A stretch of DNA of 64,000 nt from Macrostomum lignano (lineage: Eukaryota). Position numbers and translations under genes: made by a program. The stretch's first letter is position 1. Each line of letters begins with the position of its first letter. The stretch covers positions 1 to 64,000 of the forward strand of contig NIVC01002463.1 of assembly GCA_002269645.1 (NCBI GenBank), written 5' to 3'. Below the pieces are notes generated by a model, which worked only from the letters and a program-made list of their open reading frames with translations, was not told the origin of the DNA and did no database searches. Positions 47,678 to 59,196 of this stretch are shown here, piece after piece.

Positions 47678-50141
47678 ATGCCTGCTGCAAGTCTAGTCGC
47701 TTCGGCGTCGCCGAAAGGCCAGGAAAGAGACGAGATCGTCCTGCTACTCGCCGGCTGCCTGTTCGCTCCTTTCACCTTGCTGGCCTGCCTCGCCCTCTTC
47801 CGCTTGGCCGGCTGTCGCCGTGTTGACGACAATGATGAAGCATCAGACGGCCCGTCGCGGCGCAGCTGCCAGAGAAAGGCGGTGCTGCTGGCCTGGCTGG
47901 CAGCGGCTGCAGCCCTGGCCGGAGCAGCAACCGGCTTCAGCGCTCTGCGCGACTGGCGATTCGAGGCGGCGCCTGGCGACCAGCTGGTGATGCGGCTGGG
48001 CAGCTGGGCCGGCCTGTGCGGCGCAGTGTCGCTGGATGTAGTGGCCAACGATACTCGTAACAGCCAGGTTTTAACGGACGGCGAAGGTAAGCGGGAAAGC
48101 ATGTTGTCTGATTACCTTTGGTAGCCATCAGTGACCTTAAAAAACTTATTTGCCGGTACACGAGCTAAGCTGATACAATGTAGAGATGGCTGATCAAGGC
48201 CTTACTAATTAGATGGATTTCTGAGTGATACGTTACCGAGAAAAAGTTTCGCTCTCCCTTTGACTTTCAAATATTGAAAAAAGTCATACAAAGCCGACTG
48301 TGAATTCATTCTCATTACATCAAGTTTAAAAAGAACATTTAAACAAAGCAAAACGAAAGCACATTAACCGGCAATACCATCCATTCGATGAATCTTCAAT
48401 GTGGGTTCTGGCTTTGCACGTACATGTGGTCGGATTGGGGAGTTACGTTGATTTTTCTCGTGTGATTTTTGTAGCCATTATTTAAATATCGACGCAATGC
48501 TAGGGTTTGGAAACTACCGTAAATCAAGGCCGTGTCCGACCGCGACCGCACACGACAGTCAACGCGCAGCCATGAAACTTTGCTGGGTCCTGGGCACAAG
48601 CAGCCTCACGTATACACAGACGGGGCACAGACACAAACACACAGTCCTGACTTTTATTTTGCTAGACAGCTATTCAATTATTTCGACTCAAGAGTTTGGC
48701 GCGGTACGGTGTAGCAAATAAGGAAAGTTAAGACTTTAACGTAGACTGAAATTGTTTATCACACAATTTTTTATATTCAAAGCGCTCTCGAGACCTCCAA
48801 CGACGAGCCAGGTGGATCTGTTCAACCCCGGCTTGGCCACCGACCGCTGGCTGACAGAGCGGATCAATCGGTCAACAAGCGGCCTGATTAACAGCCCGGC
48901 AGTAGGGCCGCGACAGTCCGTGGACATCGCTTGGGAGCTGCCGGTGGCCGGGGCTGCCAGCAGCTTGACGGTGACTGCCACATTTAGGCACAGGCTGAGA
49001 CTGCTGCTGCGCAGGAAGCTGGAGCTTCATCCACTGACTGCATCAGACAGCGATGGCGGAGGATTTGCTCAAGACAAGCTGGAGTATGGCGAGCTGCTGC
49101 TGGCTGATGAGGTGAGAGAATTAAGGCACTGGAATCTGCTGATAGATTCACTGTTGATGAGACTGAGCAAATTCAGCTTTAATGGCACACTCATGGGATT
49201 CTAGCTGTTGCTCACTTCTTTGAAATGAGTCCTAGTACTCGCTGCCAATCCATACATGCGCAACCTTGGGAATCACTCGGCCGTTTCTATTGGCAACACA
49301 CACATGTAAGTCGCTATTGGCTGAGAGCAGTCACGTGACTACTATTCTGTCCAATAGCGACTTACGTGTGTGTGTGTGTGTGTGTGTGTTGCCAATAGAA
49401 ACGGCCGGGTGAATCCCTAGGTTGCGCCCAAGCATGTGCTAATCCATAGCTAATCCGAGCAATCTGAGCACTCTCTGTCTGATCCATAACTACATGCAAT
49501 CAGAGATACACAGTAGCTAATCAGAGACACCGTATCCATCGCAGGTGCAAGGCATCAACACTGTGGCGGTGTACAATGTGAGTCAGTCGGGCACTTTAAT
49601 AGTGCAGCTAACGTGTCTAGAAGACGCGCATCCGGTAACGCCAGCTCACAGTCGCAACAACTACGCCTTCTCAATCGGCCTGAACTCGGTGCGCTACGCA
49701 ACTGACAGCCCAGCTCAGAGAATTAATTGCCGCTTAGGCCAGCTGCCCTGCCTCATCGACAACCTGCCGGCCCAGTTCATATTGCAGATGGTTGAGGAGT
49801 CGCCAGTGACATCAGTCCAGCTGCACCCGAATCCGGGTAGACGACACCATATCGCCATGCGCTGCGAACGACGCTCGGCTCTGGTGGCAGCGGCGCCAGG
49901 CCTGCTAGCGGCGCTAGTGAGCGCGCCCTGCGCCCTGCTTCTGGCCGTCAATGCCATGCTGGCTGCCCGCCAGTGCCAACTGCGGTTGCCTGGCTGTCAG
50001 CGAAGCCTACAGCTATGCGGTGATGACACTGATGAAGATGGCGGCAGGATAGCAGCAGTGGCACCAATGGAAGATAAAGTCAGAGTGAACAACAAAGGAA
50101 GAAATTTAAAGAGACTTGGCGTGCGATTTCAGCTAGACTAA
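47678..50141 (+). CDS. Predicted 444-aa membrane protein, probably APD1-4 (DUF4792/DUF4793)-like, without a RING domain
   Basis: Exons 47678-48086, 48783-49111, 49545-50141 splice in frame (phases 1, 0). Two N-terminal hydrophobic helices, a Cys-containing lumenal region (APGDQLVM..LC; RY...C...PC) and CERR before a C-terminal TM. Family assignment is by recalled motif resemblance only. Confidence 0.6.
49258..49427. other. 170-bp foldback inverted repeat (MITE-like) with central AGTCACGTGACT palindrome
   Basis: Arm gcgcaaccttgggaatcactcggccgtttctattggcaacacacacatgtaagtcgctattgg is inverted at 49350-49427, with a (TG)n expansion in one arm. Confidence 0.85.
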
Positions 50142-51239
50142 CAAATAGCCACTGCATTACCTAGGCTCTACAAGCATTCCTTAAAGAAGTAGTTCAAATA
50201 TATTTAACTTTGCACTGAAGGTAGCTTAACATTTACCTATATCTATCTATTATAATTACACTCATAGCACTTTAAAAATGATTTACGAGGTAGTAGAGTG
50301 GTGCTAAATTTGTAGCTAACAAAAATCTCAAGTTATAGGAAATCACTAGTGCCGATTTTGTGCCTTGCATGCACTTGCAAGAGATCAGATTGCATTTACT
50401 GGTAGCATGTACACTATATGCAATATTGGACTAGGGAATGTTGCATATATATGCCACATGGCATATGCTTTACATATAGCAGATGATTGCTTATTAGACA
50501 TATGTGCATATATAACTATAGTAGATATGCACATGCAATCTCTAGGATTATACTAGCTATACAACTTAGTTTTATGACTTAACCAAAAACAAAATAGAAA
50601 TATTCAATTCATAATCAATTTTTGTCAAAAATAAAAGTCATAAGTAATCAAATTTGCAACTTACCTTTGGTCTAGGCCAAACTGCAATAGATTATGCATC
50701 AATATAACAATAAGCATATATTATATATTTTAATTTAATTCATTAAATTTCATTTTTATATAGTATATATGACAATTTACACCTTTCATTTATTAATTTT
50801 TTTAAATTGAAATAAAACAATTATATCATAAAATGACAAGAAACAATAAAACAAGGTTGCAAAACTTTTGTAATGTTGAAAAACTCTAAGACTCAGAACT
50901 CAGAACAACAACCATTTATGGTTCAAATGTATAAGGCTCTAAGGGGGTATGATAGAAGTAAACAACATTTGTACTAGGCCTATATAGCTTGGAATTTTGC
51001 CTTATATTGTACCCATGTCCTTTTCATAAGGCCTGCTAAGCAATTAGTTATGAATTATAGGCTTACTTGTTACTTGACTTGGTGTAGTTAAAGATTGCTT
51101 AGCTACTAAATTGACCTGAAAGCCTTAAATATAGTTTAAGCTATTTATTCTCATCACTACAAATCTTCTTTAAGCCTTAATTTTGACCACATACAGTTAT
51201 AATAAGTCCCTATTAGTTCTATCATATCCTATGTAGATA

Positions 51240-52930
51240 AAATAATAGTTTAAAATAAACTATATTTAAATTGCAGAGACAGAAGAGAAGCAAGTGGGTG
51301 CAGGGCCCAAACCAGTGTATTTATAACATTTTAACTTAAGTGTTAGGGGCATGAATGCTAGTAAAAAAGAGAGGGGTAAAGTGCGCAACTGAAGAGAGGC
51401 AAGAATGGAGAGCCAATTAGAAGGCAGCAAGGGAGAGAGAGAGAGATAAGAATAACAAGATTGAACAAGACAGAGAGTGAAAACAGAGTAAACAGAGACA
51501 AGTGAAGGTGAACTAAAGAAATGACTAAGAAAGTTGCGACACCCCCTCAAAAATGGAACATTTTTTAATTCTCAAGTAGCAATGGGAATTGTGAGTTAGA
51601 TTGGACTAAGTAGAGTTTTAATTGGACAACAAATTCAAAAAGGTGTACAACCATCAGAAAAGTCTAATACAATATCAATATGAATATGAAATGATATTTC
51701 AAGCTACAAAATTGTTGATTTCATGCAAAGTTGAGTTTTGACAAGTTAGACTTTGAAAAGAATAAATTGTATTACACTATAGACTTAATAGACAGAATAG
51801 AGATGAGCCTGGAGGACCTGCCCTCCCCCTTAAAAATTTGCAATTTTTAACAAAGACAACTGGTACATGTATAGTACAGAAAAGAATGTTAAAAATATTG
51901 TCAGTTGAGTATGAGAGATGCGATGAGATAAGAATCAAGTTGTTAAAAAGAACAACTAGAGACGACTGGAGACATTGACAAGAAAGGAGTGGAACTGAGT
52001 GAAGAAAATTTGACAAGAGACCAGTGAGATTGACTGTTGACACAGACTCCAAAGACATGATGATGACCAGAGATTAATTGTGACTATGCTGCTGGCACTG
52101 CCTCCCAAAGACGAGATCAACAGCCGAGTGAGAGAATATGCTGCTGGCCCAACTCCAAAGCAGAGAACGACAGCCCAAGTAGAGCTGCAAATATGCCCCC
52201 AGCCCAACTCCAAAGCAGAGACTGACAGCCAAAGTAGAACAGAAAATATGCTGCTAGCTCAACTCTAAAACAGAGACTGACAGCCTAAGTAGAGCTGCTA
52301 ATATGCTGCTAGCCCAACTCTGAAGCAAAGAATGACAGCCCAAGTAGAGATGCAAATATGCCACCAGCCCAACTCTGAAGCAAAGACCGACAGCCAAAGT
52401 AGAGCTGCGAATATGCCACTGGGCCAACTCCAACTCTAACTCCAAAGGCAATAGTCCAAATTGAGATATGAGACATTATGCAAAGAGTTGAGAATTTGTT
52501 CACAAGTGGCAAAAGGCAAAGAGAGGCTGGCAAATGAGACGATTAAGAGGCCAACAGACAGCAGACAAAGTGATTGAGCAATAATGACGGGACAATGAGA
52601 CAATGACAAGATGATACATGACAAACAAAGCCAGCCAACCAAGCTGGCACTTAATAAACTAACAACATATTAGGTTCTATTTTAGTTTGGGTGCCATGTG
52701 GAGAAAATAATAGTGTAAAATAAACTATATTTAAATTGCAGAGATAGAAGAGAAGCAAGTGGGTGCAGGGCCCAAACTGATATATTTATAGCACTTTAAC
52801 TTAGGTCTTAGAGGCTTGAATACTGGTAATAAAGAGAGGGGTAGAGTGCGCGACTGAAGAGACAGACAAGAACAAAAAGCCAATCAGAAGGCAGCGGGAG
52901 AGAAAGAGGAAAACTAAGAAAGTCGTAACA
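51240..52930. repeat. Diverged direct repeats (51240-51530 and 52705-52930) flanking a 55-bp degenerate tandem repeat (52145-52435)
   Basis: aaaataaactatatttaaattgcagaga(c/t)agaagagaagcaagtgggtgcagggcccaaac occurs twice; unit agcccaactc(c/t)(a/g)aagca(g/a)aga...atatgc occurs about 5 times. Confidence 0.75.
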
Positions 52931-53620
52931 GCCTATTTTTGTACTATTTTGAGAATCTTTTTTTGTATTAGAAAGGTCTTAGAACTTAAAAAATTTCCAT
53001 TATTTCAAATTGCAACTATTTTATTTTAAATGAAAAAATTAATAAATGAAAAAGAAAATTGCTATATAAGATTATAGATTTATATATAAATATAAAGAAT
53101 ATGGCTTATACTATATATTATATAATGTGCAGTATACATGCACAACTGCTAGCTGACCTGGCCAATCTGGCCACTGTAAATTGTGGTAGACCAGGGGTAA
53201 GTTGCAAAAATGCCCAGCCTAAAGAATACAGACGTAGTACTAATTAGATGACGAGGCATTTAGTTCTTATAAGACAGTCATAGTTATTCTTGCCATTTAC
53301 CCAAAATTGCATTAGGGTTTCTTTTATAGGTAAGTTGCATTTTTGGTCAAAAAGTAAGTCACATGGCTAGTGTAAATCAGGGGGTTGCACATGTATGATG
53401 TACAGTATAATAAGCCTAACAAACTAATTATATTAAATATTGGATTGCATTAGTCATAGCATATCAAAAATATTTAATCAAGCTATAGAATGCATTAATT
53501 TGATTAAATTCATTTATTAATAAAAAATTGCTATTTTTCTATGTAGTAATGTAGTATGTTTTAATAAAGTTATTTTCTACTTGACTCAAATATTAGAATA
53601 TTTTTATACAATTATAAGAG

Positions 53621-54198
53621 GGCAATCCTACACTTCCGTTTGGTAAATTATTTTGACACTGAATTTTGAACAGGCGTGTTAAATAACAATGTAACCAAAC
53701 AAAACTGAAACAGTGGAACATGGTAGCAGTCTGTTAGAGTGCATAATCACTTAGAGTGTGTCTGCAGGTCATTAAGGTGTCTACAATGGATAGTAATGTC
53801 CAATCCAGTACAGGATAGCCCCAAATGGACATTGGGGATACAGACGACGCCAGAGGAATTCCTCAATGTGTGCGTCGAAGAGAGCGTCGCTCGTGCCATA
53901 CATGTTGCAGATCTTGCGCTTCGCGTAGGCCCATGTGCCCTCCACGGTGTTGGTGTGGACTATTGGGTCCGCAGGATCTACGAAGTGCAGCCGATGGTTC
54001 ACTTCACCGAGACGTGGTTGGGTAGAGACGTGGTAAAAACAAGCAGCTCACAAGCAACAGCTCCCTTAAACTGACACCCCCTTAAACTCTGTTCGCTCAA
54101 ACTTTTGGCCATAGACACATTGCCAATCGACGTCATTTGACTCAGTGGTACGAATTCAAATGTCAAAATAATTTACCGAACGGAAGTGTAGGATTGCC
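53621..54198 (-). mobile_element. Internally deleted Merlin (IS1595/IS1016-like) DNA transposon, 578 bp
   Basis: 38-bp TIR GGCAATCCTACACTTCCGTT(T/C)GGTAAATTATTTTGACA with 1 mismatch; 9-bp TSD TTATAAGAG (53612-53620, 54199-54207). Residual ORF 53781-54002 VNHRLHFVDP..VHTNTVEGTW..AKRK...IEEFLWRR is the Merlin transposase C-terminus. Confidence 0.93.
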
Positions 54199-54934
54199 TT
54201 ATAAGAGATATTTATCAACTAACATAGGCCTATAGGACCTAACTTAGTTTAATTTAAGTAGCTTTTATATATAGATAGCATAGGCCTACTTAGGACTTAC
54301 CAATTGAATAAGGGATAGGATACTTGATGTCTTACCACTTTTCTTGTGTGATTAACTGCATAATACAATAAAAAACACATCTTTGATATTGTCCCTTGAT
54401 GTGATAAAAACAAAAACTCTTGTCTTGGTCTTTGCATTATGCAGTGAGTCACAAAGATTAAGTGAGCAACTTGGGTGATTAGGGCCTACAGTAAAAATGA
54501 AGATTGATATGGGGCTAATATGGGCAGATTATAAATTGTCATTTATTTTGGCATTATCTCTTCAAGTTCATCCCACCAAACCAGAGTCCAAGATCAGGGC
54601 ATTGAGGAATAGGCCCATTCTTAATAACAATGTCAATAATGATAAATGAAAATAGTCACGCCAATTCTAAATTAACAACAGTTTGGCCTGTTCAGTCAGT
54701 TTTAATCACCCTTTTAACATAGTTTATAAGCTTAAAGACTTAGCCATCGTCATGCCGACGATACTATTCAGTATATTGCAAGCATGCTACTGTAAACTCT
54801 CTCACACGCACACAAAATATATCCATGACCTATTATTATTTATTATTACCAATAGCAATATAGACCTAGGCTTAGAGTCCTGGTCCAGTGGTCCTGGCTT
54901 CAACTCTCTTTGACGGTCAAAAGGACAGGGAGTA

Positions 54935-57693
54935 GGGTGATGGTCATTTCGTCAACTGGCGTTTCGTCAACTCGGGGCCTTTTCATATTGCTTGTTCTGG
55001 TTCCAGAACCAGAACCAAATTGTGAAGTATAACTTTTTGTCTCCATAACTAGAGGGATATGCGTGCTATAAAGTTTTTATTATTGAATGACAATCGCCAA
55101 GAAGAAAGTAAAAATTGTGTTAAGTGAGGTTGTTAAGGCAGTCAAACATTCAACAGAATTAAATAGTTATAGGCCTACTGCTGTTTTTCTTGGAAGATCC
55201 GAACCGATTCTGATTCTGGAATTGGTAATATGAAAAGCCCCGAAGTGACCAAAGTGTTGGGGCGACTTTACTGGTGGTTGACGAAGTGACCAATGCCTAG
55301 GTCCTTCCCATTTGCTTGTTGACGAAGTGACTAAAATTTTCATTACATGAATGATATACGTATGTAGCTGATACAGCTGCATATCTTGTATAGCTTACAA
55401 TTATTGTTATATCGATGACTTGTTTTATTAATTGCCTTATTTTTAAAAAACGAACAAATTTTGCAATTTTGCAATACCAGACTGCATGTCCATTAGGTTA
55501 AATGTTTCGATGCAAATATTCTATGCAAATGCGGCACCCCATGAGCACTCATACTCATATGCGTCCGGGCATTAATGAATTTTGAGTATTTGTGTTATGC
55601 GACCATACATGCGACTACATAACACGGGTATTTCTCCTATCAAAACGCGTCGAGGACTGCTATAAAGTCCCCTATATATGGAGTCGTGAAAATTAGTGGA
55701 CGCGCCTTCCCACCCCTCCACCCCGCTGTGCACAGTCAGCCGAAGCCCCCGCAGCGAATTTTGATATCCGGTAATGCTTTTGATCGGAGTATATAATTAC
55801 GCACGATTCACGCGCGCTCATCGATCGATCATGCCGTACATGTATAAGGTATTCCCTCACTCCCTGTCATGCTTAACACTAAAATGTACAATTCACTGTA
55901 AGAAGGCACAAGCAGACACGAGCAGACAGACGCAAAGGCACAGGCAGACGCGCAAACCGATCGGCGATATTGGGTGCAGTACCACACCACAGCGGCGTGC
56001 TCTTGATTCGTGCATTCCTGCTCATGTAGCTGCACAAGACTTGGCCATGTGCCTAAGCCTAGTGCTTTTACGTGTAGGGTCAGCAAACATTTTACCTCAA
56101 GGGGCCAGATTGAGAACCTAGCGAAATGACTGCCCTTCTGGGTCCGCTTCGCTGGGCCCCTAAGCAAAATGCACCCAGGAGTCCCTGATGATTGCAAGCC
56201 AAAGGAGGGAGAGAGGATAGGAAATAGAGAAGAGAAATACGAGCTGGCGTACTCGAAGAATAAACGAGAGGCGAAGGAATAAGGATAAGAGAGTATACGA
56301 TCGAGAGGAGAGATGAAATAGGAGAGGATCGATCGAGAGGAGAGGAGAGATGAAATAGAAGAGAGAGAGAGGAGAGACGAAATAGAGGAGAGAGGAGAGG
56401 AGAGGATCGAGAGAGGAGGGAAGGGAGAAGAGAATGGAGAAGAAAAGGAAGAGGAGAGGAGAGAGGTTAAAGCTAAAAGAATAGACAGCGCCAAGAGATC
56501 CAGAAAATTACTGGTCTTGCCCTTGCAATTTTCATTCATTTGAGATATCTATGACTTACTAAATAAATTAGTCAAGGACCACTGAAGTCACTTAAGCGCA
56601 GTCCTTGAAATGAGTGCAGTACAGTTGCGCAATGTTTGAATTAGTTGAAAATTTGAGCATTTTCAGCTAGACTTTTGGCTACTCCAACACAGAATTGAAT
56701 ATTGGGCTGGTTATGTCATATTGCCACAAACTCATATAACAGCAGGAGTTTGGGTGCCCTTAGATTAGAAGAAATTATGTGCAATGGCCCTCCCATCAAA
56801 TAGCCCCCCCCTCCCCCACTCTGAAACATGTTCCGACACTACTGGCTTGAGCTACAGTACATTTATATGTAGTCTGGGGAGTCCTGCAGTCCGAGACCAG
56901 CTTAATGTACAGCTGACCGCTAGAGGGCAGCGTTGTTCCAGGCGAGGCGGTGATCGAGACCGTCCTGCTGTACACTGTCAAGACCTGGACGCTGATGAAG
57001 TCGCTCGAGCAACAAGTTGACGCGGCGCACGCTGGCCTGCTGCGCGCCGCCTAATTCAAGTTAAGATCGCCTACGCGAGTGACCAACGCAGCTTTTGTAT
57101 CACCGCGCCGACCTGTTCCCTCCAAGCGACCTGCTGCGCAGTCATACATGACCACATTCATGTATGTAATAGCTTGATTTGGAATGCTTTCTATATGTGT
57201 TTTGCGAATAGAGGACCCAGCCACTTCAAGCGTTATCTTTGGTCCGGGTTCTCCTCAACTACATGTACTAATTCTTAATTAACTTCTGCATTCAAGATTT
57301 AACATATACAAATGTGTAACACGGGATCTCAACCCCGTCGTGCTGCACACGTTTCAAACACATGAGCGCATTATATTTTGTTAGTGCATGTACAAGCGTA
57401 TAACAGAGACGCATCAATCGAAAGCCGGCAGATGTTGCAGAAGGGTATGAATATTAATTAGCCTGTTGACTTAGTTATTTCAGGGTTCAGTTTTACCTTT
57501 TTGCGGCTGCGGGGGGTAGTTTATTGGCAGTTGACGAAGTGACCAATATTGGAACACTTCCTATTGGCCAGTTGACGAAGTGACTGAGGTTTGAGATTGC
57601 TTCATTGGCTAGTTGACGAAACGACCAGTGATAAAACCGAGTTGACGAAATGGCCAGTTGACGAAACGCCAGTTGACGAAATGACTAGGACCC
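54935..57693. mobile_element. Unclassified non-autonomous TIR element (about 2.76 kb) with tandem GTTGACGAA subterminal motifs
   Basis: Left GGGTGATGGTCATTTCGTCAACTGGCGTTTCGTCAACT vs right reverse complement GGGTCCTAGTCATTTCGTCAACTGGCGTTTCGTCAACT; TA on both flanks; more GTTGACGAA copies at 55257, 55317 and 57530-57680. Confidence 0.65.
56940..57145 (+). pseudogene. Decayed RTE-clade LINE fragment (post-RT region)
   Basis: AVIETVLLYTVKTWTLMKSLEQQVDAAHAGLLRAA*...VTNAALY resembles the RTE motif LLYGxExWTL...LR...VTN..LY. Confidence 0.65.
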
Positions 57694-59196
57694 TATATGT
57701 CAATGTATTTAATAATAGTTCAAGACTCAAGAGTAGAAGGAGATCTATTTATGCATAAAGAACGAGCAATAATATAGTATTTGAAAGAGTGCCTAAATTT
57801 TTTCTACGAAACTTTAAACGATCTTTAGCGACTAACGAAGCAAAAAGTATTTAAGTAAGGAATTAAAAAACAAATATTGTATAAACTTGATGTATAGCAA
57901 TTCAATTGATCCCGTAGGTGACAAAAAAGTATATAGGTGTTAATCAGGCAATAAAAAAATTGATATCAAATGTAAGGATTGCAGGCAATTATTAGGTATT
58001 AAAGATGAGGGTTATTTTTTTTATAGACGAAGGAAATTAGACTATCACAAAGTTTTAGGTAGGCATTAAGTGTTTGCGATTAAAGAAATTATGATACACA
58101 GATATTCGCGTAATGCGGGAGAAAATGCACTGGTACTTTTTAAACGAAGAGAAGCAGAAACTTAATTGCAGCTTAGCTTAGTGGCCAGTGACTTCTTTAG
58201 TCGCTTCAAATCGGTGCTCAATTTTCAGAAGTCCCAGTCAATTTAAACAAATTAGGAGTGCAATGGGGCTCTAGCTGCTGAGTTTCTTAGGCTGAGAGGG
58301 AGGGTAACTGCAGTGGCCGTGGCTAAGTGGTCAAAGATGATGCCGTCCATCAGAATGCCGAGCAGCCAGGATTGCTGCAGGGTTTTTAGATGCTATGGAC
58401 AAGCTAGTTTTTGTCGAGTGGTTGATTTTTTAATTTATTACTTTAGTAGGTCGTCTGCTGCCACCACACTGCTGTAATTCGCAGAGAAGACCCTAAGACT
58501 AAATTAATTAATTAAACTTAGATCGCTAAGGATCAAATAATGCAGTCCGAAGTTACGAAAAGTGTAGGAACAACTATAATTGATTTAATAAACCGCTTGA
58601 AATTATGCACTTTCGTAGATATGTTGATTTGGAAGCTAAGTTTATTCGGAAGCTAAGTTCGGTTTAACGAAAAACTAACATAATTGCACGCAGTTACTTT
58701 TATAGTAGCTATAGGGGAACCAGCTGCAGGTCGGGCTTTCACGGGTATCATGCAGGCTATAGGTAATTAAAGGGCTGCACCTAGAGTAGCTATTGGAATT
58801 AAATGTAAGAATTTATTAAGGGGCTGATCTGTTGGTATTCCACTTAAGTCGAGGGAATGACGTTGTTGTATAACTTAGTGAATGAGACATTGTATGTTAA
58901 AGACGCTGAGTCATACAACCTTTAGACTAAGGACCACTGGAACACTTCGTTATAGTCCTTGCTTTAGACTCGCTCTGTCAGCTTGTACCCGCATTTCCCC
59001 GCTCCCCCGGTATATATAAAAAGCCGGAACATGCTATGGCTGCGGTAAGGATTGAGGAGGGCCCAAGGGCCAGGAAATAAAACAGTATGCTATAATTGTT
59101 CTCGAATGGGGAACAAATTAAGTTTTGATTTTTGGAGACACTTCCAAGAAGACCCTATCTCTCTTCCGCGAGCTCCAAGTCCTTTTGTGCCCCAGC

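Noticed and set aside
58310-58345. tRNA A-box-like GTGGCTAAGTGGTCAAAG
   Set aside because: No B box or cloverleaf downstream.
59010-59025. TATATATAAAAAG TATA-like box
   Set aside because: No associated gene or transcript evidence; common by chance.
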